A program made the translations under genes and the position numbers. Under the pieces are notes generated by a model, which was not told the DNA's origin, did no database searches, and saw nothing but the letters and a program-made list of their open reading frames with translations. A stretch of 64,000 nt of DNA from Arcobacteraceae bacterium (lineage in GTDB: Bacteria > Campylobacterota > Campylobacteria > Campylobacterales > Arcobacteraceae), in NCBI GenBank assembly GCA_963662945.1, contig OY759974.1:2144001-2208000 (forward strand). The letters are read 5' to 3'. The number at the start of each line of letters is the position of its first letter. Within the stretch, counting starts at the first letter, position 1. Positions 40,732 through 50,614 of this stretch are shown in pieces.

Positions 40732-41078
40732 TCTTTTGAATACCTTTTCATTTGATATCTTTATAACATAAATTATTATAAATTCTACTGAGATAAATAA
40801 AATATTGTGTAAGTTTGGATGAAAAGAATTATAATTAAATAATTTATACACTAATTTTTTAAAAAAGAAATTTTTAAGAAATAATCTTTGCTTATAATGA
40901 AATAAAAGAAAAAAAGGTAGTGGTTATGAATATGTATAGGTTATCTACAAAACTTATTGAAAAACTAAAAAAAGCCTCAGTAAAAATATCAAAAAAACAA
41001 AAAAACAAAAGAAAATAAATTATTCTTTAGGTACACTTTATGAATATAATAAAGCATATTCATAAAGGTAACAAAACT

Positions 41079-42257
41079 ATGTTAGAAAAAATATCATTTG
41101 GTACATATCGTACTACATTTCAAAATCCAGTTCACCAAGAAGCTATAAACTATGCACTTGATAATGGAATAAAATCTATAGATACCTCGTCAAACTATAT
41201 GTATGGAGAAGCAGAAGTTTTAATAGGACAAGCTTTACAAGGTAGAATCCGAGAAGAATTTACAATAGTTTCAAAAGGTGGATATATACAAGGGCCAAAC
41301 CTTCAAAGAGTAAAAGAAGGTTGGAAAGTTGAAGAACTTGTAGAGTATGACCCTAATTGTTTTCATAGTATCTCTCCAATGTTTTTAGAAGATCAAATTT
41401 CTAATAGCTTACAAAGATTAAATACCTCATATATTGATTGTTACTTACTTCATAATCCTGAGTATTATCTTCTTACAAATTTAAAAAGTAATGCAACCGA
41501 TGAAGATATAAAAAAACATCATGCAATTATGCAAGAACGTATAAAAAAGGCATTTGCATTTTTAGAAATAATGGTAACAAAAGGAAAAATAAAATCTTAT
41601 GGTATTAGTTCTAATTCTTTTGCAAAGAAAGAAAACGACTATCATTTTTTAGAGTATAAAAATCTTATTGAGTATGCAAAAGAAGTATGTGGAAAGAATC
41701 ATCATTTTAAAGTGATACAACTTCCTTTTAATATGTATGAAAAAGATGGAGTTCCTTGTGCTAAATGGGCATATGAAAATGGCTTGGAAGTCCATGCAAA
41801 CAGACCATTAAATGTTTTTTTTATGGGTGGAATGTTAAGACTTGCTTCTTATGAGTCTTGTGAAGATTTTGATGAATTACTAGAAAACGTGCGTAAAATA
41901 AAAAACGATAAGTTACAAAAACTTATTGATGATCTTCTAGAAAACCAATCAAGATTTGGATTTGCAGGTGATGTTGATGATACTATAGAATATCAAGTGA
42001 TACCATATATTATACAAGGAATACAAATAGAGCAAGAACATTATCAAACAATAGATAACTTTTTAACTTGTTATAAACAAAACATCAAATATTCATTAGG
42101 AAAAATTACTGCAAAAAAACTTGATTTACAAGAGCCACTTGATAAAATTGCATTAGAATATTTATTGAAAAAACATTATATTTCAAAAATTTTAGTTGGT
42201 ATGAGAACAAGAAAATATGTTGATAAAGTTATATCATATACACAAGAGGAAAAATAA
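41079..42257 (+). CDS. Aldo/keto reductase family protein
   Basis: FGTYR, IDTSSNY..GEAE, IVSKGGY, SLQRL...IDCYLLHNPE, GKIKSYGISSN, IQLPFN. Confidence 0.85.
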   Translation: MLEKISFGTYRTTFQNPVHQEAINYALDNGIKSIDTSSNYMYGEAEVLIGQALQGRIREEFTIVSKGGYIQGPNLQRVKEGWKVEELVEYDPNCFHSISPMFLEDQISNSLQRLNTSYIDCYLLHNPEYYLLTNLKSNATDEDIKKHHAIMQERIKKAFAFLEIMVTKGKIKSYGISSNSFAKKENDYHFLEYKNLIEYAKEVCGKNHHFKVIQLPFNMYEKDGVPCAKWAYENGLEVHANRPLNVFFMGGMLRLASYESCEDFDELLENVRKIKNDKLQKLIDDLLENQSRFGFAGDVDDTIEYQVIPYIIQGIQIEQEHYQTIDNFLTCYKQNIKYSLGKITAKKLDLQEPLDKIALEYLLKKHYISKILVGMRTRKYVDKVISYTQEEK

Positions 42258-42259
42258 AA

Positions 42260-42487
42260 ATGAAAAAAATAAAACAGCCATTTAATCCGAATGCTTTTGA
42301 TGTAAATTTAAAAGTATCTGATGTAGTAGAAAAATTTCCGCAACTTTTAGAAAACAATTATCAAACAGTAAGTTTAAATGAAGAACTTACAAAATTAAAT
42401 TACGAGATAGCTTCAAGAGATTATGAGGATAAAAAATATGAATCTATCGAAGAATATTATGATTTAGATGTGGATTATATCGTATAG
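42260..42487 (+). CDS. Small acidic hypothetical protein
   Basis: GAGGA RBS; 2 bp after the AKR stop. Confidence 0.6.
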   Translation: MKKIKQPFNPNAFDVNLKVSDVVEKFPQLLENNYQTVSLNEELTKLNYEIASRDYEDKKYESIEEYYDLDVDYIV

Positions 42488-43093
42488 CTCTTCAAATCTA
42501 TAATGTTCTTTTAGAAGCTTTAATGAGTTTTTAAAGGTACGAGTTTCTTTTTCATCAAATTCAGAACCATTGAGTTTTAATTTATCGTAAATAGTATTAA
42601 GTTCTTTTTTTGACAGTTGTGTTAAGTCTTCATTATGCATTAGGTCTTTAATTTCATTTATATCTGATTGTGGCATAGGAAAGTCAGTATAATATTGTCC
42701 TATTTTATTTACACCCCAAAAATCAATTCCTAATCTCAGATAAAATTGTAATGAAGATGAAACACAATGCATTTTGACTCTTTCAATATCTGCTTGAAGA
42801 AGTATATTATTAAATAGTAAAGTTAAGAGTTGTTTTGCATAACCTTGAAATCGAGATTCAAATGGAGTAAGAATATTATGAATTGTAAGGTATTGATTGT
42901 TTCTTGAAATATGAAAAAAAAGATAACATACATCTTCTCCATTATCTTCTAAACAAAGGCAAGGAAATTTATTCCAACTATAATAACTATCCCACCAATC
43001 AAGTGATTGTTGTGCAAATTGCTGTGAACCTGCGTGTTTGATGTGGGCGATAGATTGAATGTATTGTTCTCTGTTTAAATTTTTTGTTGTCAT
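42464..43093 (-). CDS. GNAT-family acetyltransferase
   Basis: LTPFESRFQGYAKQLL (motif A), SLQFYLRLG. Confidence 0.7.
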   Translation of the reverse strand: MTTKNLNREQYIQSIAHIKHAGSQQFAQQSLDWWDSYYSWNKFPCLCLEDNGEDVCYLFFHISRNNQYLTIHNILTPFESRFQGYAKQLLTLLFNNILLQADIERVKMHCVSSSLQFYLRLGIDFWGVNKIGQYYTDFPMPQSDINEIKDLMHNEDLTQLSKKELNTIYDKLKLNGSEFDEKETRTFKNSLKLLKEHYRFEELYDIIHI

Positions 43094-43161
43094 TTTGGCT
43101 CTCTTTCGATTACAGGCCAAATGTCTAATTTTAAGCAATAAATCTTTATTAAATAATACTC

Positions 43162-43177
43162 TGCAAGTACTATACCA
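43162..43177 (-). promoter_or_regulatory. Sigma54 (-24/-12) promoter
   Basis: Minus strand TGGTATAGTACTTGCA, overlapping the stop of the upstream gene. Confidence 0.7.
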
Positions 43178-45122
43178 CTACTTTATTTCTACCACTTTCT
43201 TTTGCTCCATAAAGTTTGTTGTCAGTAAGTTTATATATCTCTTGAGCTTGATAGGTATCATTAAAATCTATAATAAAAAGTCCCATTGAGATAGTAACAT
43301 ATTTAGAAGCAGAATTTCCTGTATGTTCAATATGTAAAGCTTCAATATTTTCTCTAACTTTTTCTGCCATAGAAAAAGCATCTTCTGAAGTTTCTACAGA
43401 GTAAAGCATACCAAATTCTTCTCCACCTAGTCTAAAAATATAGTCGCCAGCTCTATTTAAACTCTTTGTCAAAGACAGTGCCACTTTTTTGAGGACACTA
43501 TCCCCTTCTTGATGACCATAAGTATCGTTGTATTGTTTAAAGTGGTCTATATCCATAATTGCAAATGCTAAAAGTTTTTTGTCTCTTTCGGCTATTTTTA
43601 TTTGTTTTTCAAATATCTCATCAAAATATCTTCTATTGTATAGATTTGTTAACCCATCTGTAATAGAGATAGTATGGAGTAGTTTGTTAGCTGTAATATT
43701 TTGTGCATAGGAGTGATAACCAATAATCTTGTTATTTTTATCTTTCATAGTAGTAATATTAAGATGTATCCAGTAGGTATTTCCCTCTTTATTTACATTT
43801 TGTAGCTCTCCACTCCAGCTACCATTTTCTTCTAAACTTTTATAGAGTTCTTGATAAGTTTCTTTTGGCGTATTGATGCCTGAAAGCATATTATGTTTTT
43901 TCCCTATAAGTTCCTCTTTTGTATATCCTGTAAGTTCACAAAATGCACTTGAGACATTTACCATTTTAGATTCTAAATCTGTAGTGGAAAAAGCTACATA
44001 CTTATCAATAATTTTACTCTCTCTTGAAAGTTCTTCTTGTGTTTTCATCAACTCATTACTAAGCTTTACAGGGGCGATTGCCATTAAAAATGCTATAGGG
44101 ATAGAGATAATAAAGATAATCAAAGTAATAGTTATGATATAGCTTGACTGCTGTTTTTTCATCTGCTCTATTTTATCTTGATCAAATTCATATAAAAGTA
44201 TAAGACCATCTTCATTATATAAACTATCTGATATATTATAAGAGAATATCCCATCGGTACTAAATTGTTTCAAATTTAAAATTTTTGATGCAACTGCTGG
44301 AAATTCTGTTTTTAAAGAGATGTTTTTATTGAGATGTTTTGACCAAGAATAATCCTCTATATTTCCTTTTGTAGTTTTTTCATAATGGATAAAATCACCA
44401 TTTTTATCTATAATAGAGACTTTAAAAAGTGCTGATTTTATAATTTCATCAAGTATAGATTTTGCAAATATGTTTATGATAACAATACCTTCATATTTAT
44501 GCTTAATATACATAGGCATTGCAATTCGTAAGGTTGGAGTAAGGGGATAGCTGATTTTGTTGTTTTCAATATTAAGATCAATTTTTGAGCTCCATATTTC
44601 ATTCTCATTTTTCCCTTTTGTTTGTTGAAAATAATATCTATCAGCTTTGTTTTGAAGTTTTTCATCTGGCATAATATAAGGTTTTGAAGCTATGTTATTT
44701 CTATCAATTCTTATATTTTCTAAACCATTTTTATCTATATATCGTATTTGCATAAGTTCATCAACAACAACCATATGACTTTTTAAAATCTCTTGCATAT
44801 TTTCTTTGAACTTTTGTTTCATTTGAATATCATCGTTATTTATACTTATATATTGTTGGAAAGTTTTATTTTCATTGATTGAATGTAAAATATTTTCATA
44901 AATCTTTATATGATTACTTAGAGTTGAAATTTTTAGTTCAAAACTACTTTGTGCTGAGTCATAGAGTTCTTCATTGATACTCTTTTTTTCATAGTAGGTG
45001 CTTACAAAAAATGAGATAAAAGCAATAATAAGTCCAAATATTCCAAAAAGAAATATAAAAAGAGCTCGAACATTAAATGAACTTGAAAATATAAATTTTG
45101 TAAAATTACTTGATCCTTGCAT
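43170..45122 (-). CDS. Diguanylate cyclase (dCache-PAS-GGDEF)
   Basis: MQIRYIDKNGLENIRID, PAS, RAGD I-site, GGEEF; paralog of 38863-40731. Confidence 0.9.
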   Translation of the reverse strand: MQGSSNFTKFIFSSSFNVRALFIFLFGIFGLIIAFISFFVSTYYEKKSINEELYDSAQSSFELKISTLSNHIKIYENILHSINENKTFQQYISINNDDIQMKQKFKENMQEILKSHMVVVDELMQIRYIDKNGLENIRIDRNNIASKPYIMPDEKLQNKADRYYFQQTKGKNENEIWSSKIDLNIENNKISYPLTPTLRIAMPMYIKHKYEGIVIINIFAKSILDEIIKSALFKVSIIDKNGDFIHYEKTTKGNIEDYSWSKHLNKNISLKTEFPAVASKILNLKQFSTDGIFSYNISDSLYNEDGLILLYEFDQDKIEQMKKQQSSYIITITLIIFIISIPIAFLMAIAPVKLSNELMKTQEELSRESKIIDKYVAFSTTDLESKMVNVSSAFCELTGYTKEELIGKKHNMLSGINTPKETYQELYKSLEENGSWSGELQNVNKEGNTYWIHLNITTMKDKNNKIIGYHSYAQNITANKLLHTISITDGLTNLYNRRYFDEIFEKQIKIAERDKKLLAFAIMDIDHFKQYNDTYGHQEGDSVLKKVALSLTKSLNRAGDYIFRLGGEEFGMLYSVETSEDAFSMAEKVRENIEALHIEHTGNSASKYVTISMGLFIIDFNDTYQAQEIYKLTDNKLYGAKESGRNKVVV

Positions 45123-45166
45123 AGAGTACCTTTTTCTTTGTTTTGTAACAGAATAAATTAATTGTA

Positions 45167-47149
45167 CTATAAACTATCTATATCTTTTATAATCTTTTGA
45201 ATATTAGTAGAGTAACTAAAACAGCTACTTATCTTACACGCTAAATACTCATCACTATCATACTCTTTTTTATAAACAAAGGGATAGTTGAAATCTTTTG
45301 GTGAAAATTTTTCAAGATTTTCTTTTCTTGCTTTGATAAATACAGGTTCATATTGAAAATACAAAGATGCCATTGTAGTATTTGGAAAATATGAGGGATA
45401 TTTGTTGATATGTTCTATGTAGTATTGCATTGATTTTTTTACTATCTCATATACTTTGTAATCTTCTTGCATAGAACTATAGAGTATGAGGTTGTTAAAA
45501 AGTACCCCTAAAGCACTTGCATACCCACTCTCTTCAATATCTGCATAAGTTTCAAATCCATCATTTGATTCTATCCATCTTCCATCTTTGTAAAACAGTT
45601 CAATTGATTTTTTTACAAGCTCTTCATAGAGGGTGAGATATTTCTCATCTAAAGTAATTTGATAGGTTTCAAACAAGGTATCAATCAAAAAGCTATAGTC
45701 TTCTAATATCCCACTTTGAACAGGTGTTTTCCCTTTGATTGTTTGGTGGTAAAGTTCCCCATTTTTATACATCAAAGATATTAAACTATCAAGTGAGCTT
45801 AGTGAGTTTTTTAGGTACTCTTTATCTATTGTAGAAGCTATGAGTTTCCCTTTTAGATACAAGGCATTCCAAGCTGTATTTATTTTATTGTCTATAAATG
45901 GATACTCTTTTGTATCGCGGATTTGTTTTAAAAGTGTTATAACTTTTTTTAGGTTTTGTGGTTTGTTTACCCCTAAAATCTCTGGGTTTGAATACTCCCC
46001 ATCAAAGTTTCCATCTTTTACAATTCCTAAATATTTAAGTGACTCGATGGCATCTTTTTCATCAATACCATTTTGTTCTAAATACTCTAAACTCTCTATA
46101 TAATCAAAGACAAAATAATACCCCTCTTCATTTTTCCCTTGGGCATTTTTGCTATCTGCATTACTTGCACTTTTATATACACCATCTTCTAAAAATCTTT
46201 CATCAATTTGAGAAATTGTTTTTTCAATAATCTCTTTAAACAAAGGCTCTTTTGTAATTTTGTAAGCTAAGGTGTATGCTTCAAGAGCTTCTGCATTGGT
46301 ATATAACATCTTTTCAAAATGTGGTATTGTCCATTTTTGATCTACACTATATCTATAAAAAGCCCCCTCAATTTGATCAAATATACCACCTCTTGCCATA
46401 GCTTTTAGAGAATCTACAGCCATAGTTAAAGCTTCTTTGTCACCGTTGATTTGATAGAGTTTTAAAAGCAATATAAGATTTGTAAATTGTGGAAACTTTG
46501 GATGTGTACCAAACCCTTTATACTCTTTGTCATAACTATTTTGAAATTGAGTGATAAGAGTATCTACTACCTTATCATCATAAGTTGCTTTTGAGAGTTG
46601 AAAGTTTTCTTTACTGTTTACCACTTCAAGGATATGTTTCCCTTGCTCTTGTAATTTTGTCCTATCAAAAAGAGCAATCTCTTTTAATACTTCTATAAGT
46701 CCTCGTGAGCCATATCCCGCATATTTTGGTACATAGGTTGCAGAAAAAAATGGCTCTTTGTCAGCTGTCATTGCAATAGTAAGTGGCCATCCACCACCTC
46801 GTTTATTCATCACTCTGTAAACTTTTTGATAAAAACCATCAATATGAGGAAACTGCTCTCTATCTATTTTTATAGAGATAAAATCTTTGTTTAAAATCTT
46901 TGCCACCTCTTCATCTTCAAAAGACTCATGTGCCATCACATGACACCAGTGACAAGTGCTATATCCAATAGATAGAAAGATAAGTTTATTTTCTTTTTTA
47001 GCTTTAGAAAAAGCTTCATCTCCCCAAGGGTACCAATTCACTGGATTGTCTTTGTGTTGTAAAAGATAAGGGGAAGTTTCATTTTGTAATTGATTTGCCA
47101 TAATAATTCCTAAAAAAATAATAAATAATAGAAGAGCTTTTGTAAACAT
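45167..47149 (-). CDS. YyaL/SSP411 (DUF255) thioredoxin-domain protein
   Basis: [53 protein letters not shown]. Start at 47149 (AGGAG). Confidence 0.9.
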   Translation of the reverse strand: MFTKALLLFIIFLGIIMANQLQNETSPYLLQHKDNPVNWYPWGDEAFSKAKKENKLIFLSIGYSTCHWCHVMAHESFEDEEVAKILNKDFISIKIDREQFPHIDGFYQKVYRVMNKRGGGWPLTIAMTADKEPFFSATYVPKYAGYGSRGLIEVLKEIALFDRTKLQEQGKHILEVVNSKENFQLSKATYDDKVVDTLITQFQNSYDKEYKGFGTHPKFPQFTNLILLLKLYQINGDKEALTMAVDSLKAMARGGIFDQIEGAFYRYSVDQKWTIPHFEKMLYTNAEALEAYTLAYKITKEPLFKEIIEKTISQIDERFLEDGVYKSASNADSKNAQGKNEEGYYFVFDYIESLEYLEQNGIDEKDAIESLKYLGIVKDGNFDGEYSNPEILGVNKPQNLKKVITLLKQIRDTKEYPFIDNKINTAWNALYLKGKLIASTIDKEYLKNSLSSLDSLISLMYKNGELYHQTIKGKTPVQSGILEDYSFLIDTLFETYQITLDEKYLTLYEELVKKSIELFYKDGRWIESNDGFETYADIEESGYASALGVLFNNLILYSSMQEDYKVYEIVKKSMQYYIEHINKYPSYFPNTTMASLYFQYEPVFIKARKENLEKFSPKDFNYPFVYKKEYDSDEYLACKISSCFSYSTNIQKIIKDIDSL

Positions 47150-47258
47150 AGTAAACTCCTTTTGATTAATCATAGCACTTGATTATTAAGAGATATTGAA
47201 AATTATAATTGAGTTTTTTGAATAATATTGGATTTATTTAAAGAGTTTGGAGAAGGAG

Positions 47259-48398
47259 CTATTTATCAAAAATAACCAAACTTCTCCCAAATGGTATCTT
47301 ATTTTTATTTTGAGATAAAGCCCATATCACTTCATATGCAGGTGGGATTCTTGGAAAAATCCCCTCCCCATCAGTAAAGTATAATAACATACTAGACATT
47401 GGAATATTTGCATCAATATACTCAAAAGTAGGGCGATAGTCTGTTCCACCTCCACCTTTGAGTGGAAAATCCATCTCTTCTCCACCCATAAAACTATGGT
47501 GCGAGTGTACCTTCGCATCTGCTATAAGAAGTTCTATAGAAACAGCAGGGAAGTTTTGCATGATAGATTTAAACTCCCCTATAAATGCTCCTAAGATATC
47601 TTCTCGTATTGACCCAGAGGTATCTATGGCAACTATGAGGCTTAGTGTATCACTGGTTAAACTTGGCAGTGCTACACCCCTATAGATATGTTTTTTGTTT
47701 GGTGGCATGAAGGCATAGTTATTTCTCATGTGACGATTGATGGCGTTGTAAAGTTCAAATTTCCAGTCGATGTCGTTTGCTTTGATTTTTTTGGCAAATC
47801 TTTCAAGTCCTAGTGGAGTTGAGCTGTTTTTTAGTGTAACTTCTTTTGCTAAACTAGCTGCATAGTCCCACTCCTCCATAGTTTTTTCATCATCTGGATT
47901 GTTGATATTTTTGAAAATAGAGCTATCTCCATCTTTTTCTTTTATAAAGCTTTCTAAGTTTTTTACATCATCATAACTACTTGTACCATTTTGTTCTGCA
48001 AATTCTTTTTTAAGTATCTCATATATCTCTTCAGAATACATATTTTTATACTCAGTGTTGTAGTTTGCACCCTTTGGTATTTTGAGTTTATTTTTGGCTA
48101 ACATATTATTTATAGCATAGTCAGTTGCCAGTTGCCACAATACACCTTTACGATTTAGTTTTCTTTGATTGTGTGCTAAAATATGGTGCATAACGCAGTT
48201 TGTAAGGATAAAAAAAAGTTCATCTTGTGAGAGACTTTCTATATAAGTTGGATTATAGATAAATCTTTTACCATTACTTGCAAAATAATCTATAGCAGAA
48301 TTTTCCTCATGCTTTAATCTTGAAGCTAACATCCCAAAGTAGGGGTGTTTTGCTGTGAGTTGACTTTTTGCTTTGGTTAATTTAAGAGTTGCATCCAT
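47259..48398 (-). CDS. DUF2201-type protein (metallopeptidase-like N-terminus plus VWA domain)
   Basis: LWQLATDYAIN, VAIDTSGSI MIDAS, GGGGTDYRP, YFTDGEG. Confidence 0.85.
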   Translation of the reverse strand: MDATLKLTKAKSQLTAKHPYFGMLASRLKHEENSAIDYFASNGKRFIYNPTYIESLSQDELFFILTNCVMHHILAHNQRKLNRKGVLWQLATDYAINNMLAKNKLKIPKGANYNTEYKNMYSEEIYEILKKEFAEQNGTSSYDDVKNLESFIKEKDGDSSIFKNINNPDDEKTMEEWDYAASLAKEVTLKNSSTPLGLERFAKKIKANDIDWKFELYNAINRHMRNNYAFMPPNKKHIYRGVALPSLTSDTLSLIVAIDTSGSIREDILGAFIGEFKSIMQNFPAVSIELLIADAKVHSHHSFMGGEEMDFPLKGGGGTDYRPTFEYIDANIPMSSMLLYFTDGEGIFPRIPPAYEVIWALSQNKNKIPFGRSLVIFDK

Positions 48399-49399
48399 TA
48401 GTGTAGTAAGGTATTGAACTTTCTAGCCCATAGTGGCCAACTTTTTATATAATCAAGTGCAATATCACGGCTTCGTAAATCTTGCACTATCATAACAGCA
48501 AATTCTCCTGGTAAATTAAGAGTATATTTAAGAAGATTATCTAATTCGGCTGCTCTTGTTTCTTCGTCTATTTTCATAGTAAGTGAAGTACAAAGTATAT
48601 GTAAAGCAGAAGTTTCTTCAGGTACATCTGTACTAGTTCCATCAAGAATTTTATCTATATCTGGCAGGTTTTTTGCAACACTTTTAAATCCTAAAAAGGA
48701 AGCAGCCAACTCTTGCCCAATAGCACCACTTACCATATCCATAAGAAGGTCATCATCTGGCGTTGAAGCTAAAATCTCATTGACATATTCCCAAGTTCGT
48801 GGAGTTGCAAATGCTTTTGAGTCATTTTGTGTATTAAAAGCAAAAAGAGCATCTGGTCTATAAGAAGTAAAAGCGATAATAGTAGGGTCAATATCTGTAG
48901 TTTTTGCCCAAGCTTGCCAAACATCTAAATCAACTTCCATATCAAGGTGAACAAATCTATTTGCAAGTGGTGAAGCCATACGAAATACAACGCCTCTATC
49001 ACTTTCTCTATTTCCAGCAGCAACTATAGCCCAACCATCAGGCAAAGTGTATTCACCTATTTTTCTATCAAGGATTAACTGATAAGCACTTGCTTGTACC
49101 ATAGGAGCTGCTGTGTTAAGTTCATCTAAAAATAAAATCCCCTCTTTAACACTTCCATCAGGTAAAAATGAGGCTTTCGCCCAAACAGCACTATTATCTG
49201 CACTATCAAAAAATGGTATTCCTCGTAGATCTGTAGGGTCTAAAAGTGAAAGTCGTAAATCTATAAAACCTATCTCTCTATCTTTTGCAATTTGAGATAC
49301 GATTGAAGACTTTCCAATACCTGGAGGTCCCCATAAAAATACTGGTACTTTTCTTTTTGTTAAGTGGTCTATTGATCTTTTTGCTTTACTTGGATTCAT
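48398..49399 (-). CDS. MoxR/AAA_5-type ATPase
   Basis: WGPPGIGKS, DPTDLRGIP, LFLDELN, AAGNR, PLANRF, TPRTWE. Start placed at MNPSK (AAGGAG 49408-49413). Confidence 0.9.
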   Translation of the reverse strand: MNPSKAKRSIDHLTKRKVPVFLWGPPGIGKSSIVSQIAKDREIGFIDLRLSLLDPTDLRGIPFFDSADNSAVWAKASFLPDGSVKEGILFLDELNTAAPMVQASAYQLILDRKIGEYTLPDGWAIVAAGNRESDRGVVFRMASPLANRFVHLDMEVDLDVWQAWAKTTDIDPTIIAFTSYRPDALFAFNTQNDSKAFATPRTWEYVNEILASTPDDDLLMDMVSGAIGQELAASFLGFKSVAKNLPDIDKILDGTSTDVPEETSALHILCTSLTMKIDEETRAAELDNLLKYTLNLPGEFAVMIVQDLRSRDIALDYIKSWPLWARKFNTLLH

Positions 49400-49428
49400 A
49401 TATGCTACTCCTTGGTTTGTTAAGCTTA

Positions 49429-49445
49429 TGCAAGAAGTATGCCTA
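49429..49445 (-). promoter_or_regulatory. Sigma54 (-24/-12) promoter
   Basis: Minus strand TAGGCATACTTCTTGCA. Confidence 0.8.
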
Positions 49446-49492
49446 AGTGTTATTTGCTTTTTATTATAATCCTGCGAAATGGAAATACATAT

Positions 49493-49630
49493 ATGCAAAC
49501 AATAAGTATTTTAGGAAGTGGTTGGTTAGGCTTGCCTTTTACTTTTAAAAACCTAGTTCAATATACAGAAAACTCACAAATAAAAAAGTTAATTTTTTAT
49601 CAAGTCCTGCAAAGCTTCGAAAACTGTTGA
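49493..49630 (+). pseudogene. Internally deleted remnant of an NAD-dependent epimerase (paralog of 50615-51349)
   Basis: MQTISILGSGWLGLPF joined directly to FKNLVQYTENSQIKKLIF, then a frameshift. Confidence 0.8.
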
Positions 49631-49633
49631 TAG

Positions 49634-50446
49634 CTAAGACGAGGCTTGACAATTATATTGTTCAATATAATATTTCATATCAAACAAATCAATCTGCTGA
49701 TAGTACGGAGCATAAGGAATCTTAGGACGCTTAAAAATAACACCCCTAACAGCCATTACTCCAAGAGCACCTGCAACGTAAGAATTTGCAGTAGATGAAG
49801 GAATGTGACCTTTCCCAGCAAGTAATTCCTCTACAGCATAACCATAATGAATGTCACTTGTAGGATTGGGATAAACCCCTTTAGCTAATTTTTTAAAGAA
49901 CGTGTCTTGTGTTTCATTTTCATCCAAACCAAAATACTGGTCAAAAGAGATTCCACATTCTTTATCAAAAACAAGACAGATTGAACCTTGTCCCACTAAG
50001 TAATTTGAAACAATAGGCTTGCCTGTTTCATAGGCATACTGATTTAGCTTTTGCTTAACATTACCAGCAGTCACATCAATAGCATCCATAACAAGATCAG
50101 CCCAATCTACAATCTCCTTATAGTTTTCAAGAGTCACTCCATCGTGATACTGCTTTAATTGAACTTCAGGATTAATATCCTTTATCGCCTCTGCTACACA
50201 TTCAACCTTGCTTTTGTCCATTGTTTTCATACTTGAACTAAACTGACGATTTAAATCAGGAGGATCAAAAAGGGCAACATCAGTAATGAGTAAGTTTTCG
50301 CAGCCAAGACGCACAAGAGATTCAGCATAACGTCCACCAACTCCACCAACTCCTAAAATTGCAATTTTCGTATGACGTAGCTTTTCCATCTCATCACTAC
50401 TGACTGTTCCAATATTCCGCCCAAAAGCCTCATCATAGTTGAACAT
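49634..50446 (-). CDS. ThiF/E1-like adenylyltransferase
   Basis: AFGRNIG, IAILGVGGVGG, DLNRQF, KSKVE, DLVMDAID. GGAGG RBS before ATG 50446. Confidence 0.85.
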   Translation of the reverse strand: MFNYDEAFGRNIGTVSSDEMEKLRHTKIAILGVGGVGGRYAESLVRLGCENLLITDVALFDPPDLNRQFSSSMKTMDKSKVECVAEAIKDINPEVQLKQYHDGVTLENYKEIVDWADLVMDAIDVTAGNVKQKLNQYAYETGKPIVSNYLVGQGSICLVFDKECGISFDQYFGLDENETQDTFFKKLAKGVYPNPTSDIHYGYAVEELLAGKGHIPSSTANSYVAGALGVMAVRGVIFKRPKIPYAPYYQQIDLFDMKYYIEQYNCQASS

Positions 50447-50614
50447 TTTCCCCTCCAAATAACAAAAAATTTAAATAAACAATAATATAATATATATTAA
50501 TGTAAGATAAATATATTTTAACTACTTAAAGTATATATTACAAAAAAGTAAAAGTGGAAGAGTATGTTTAAAGAATTTGATCATATAAAATTCAATATAT
50601 AGTTTAGGATATTT

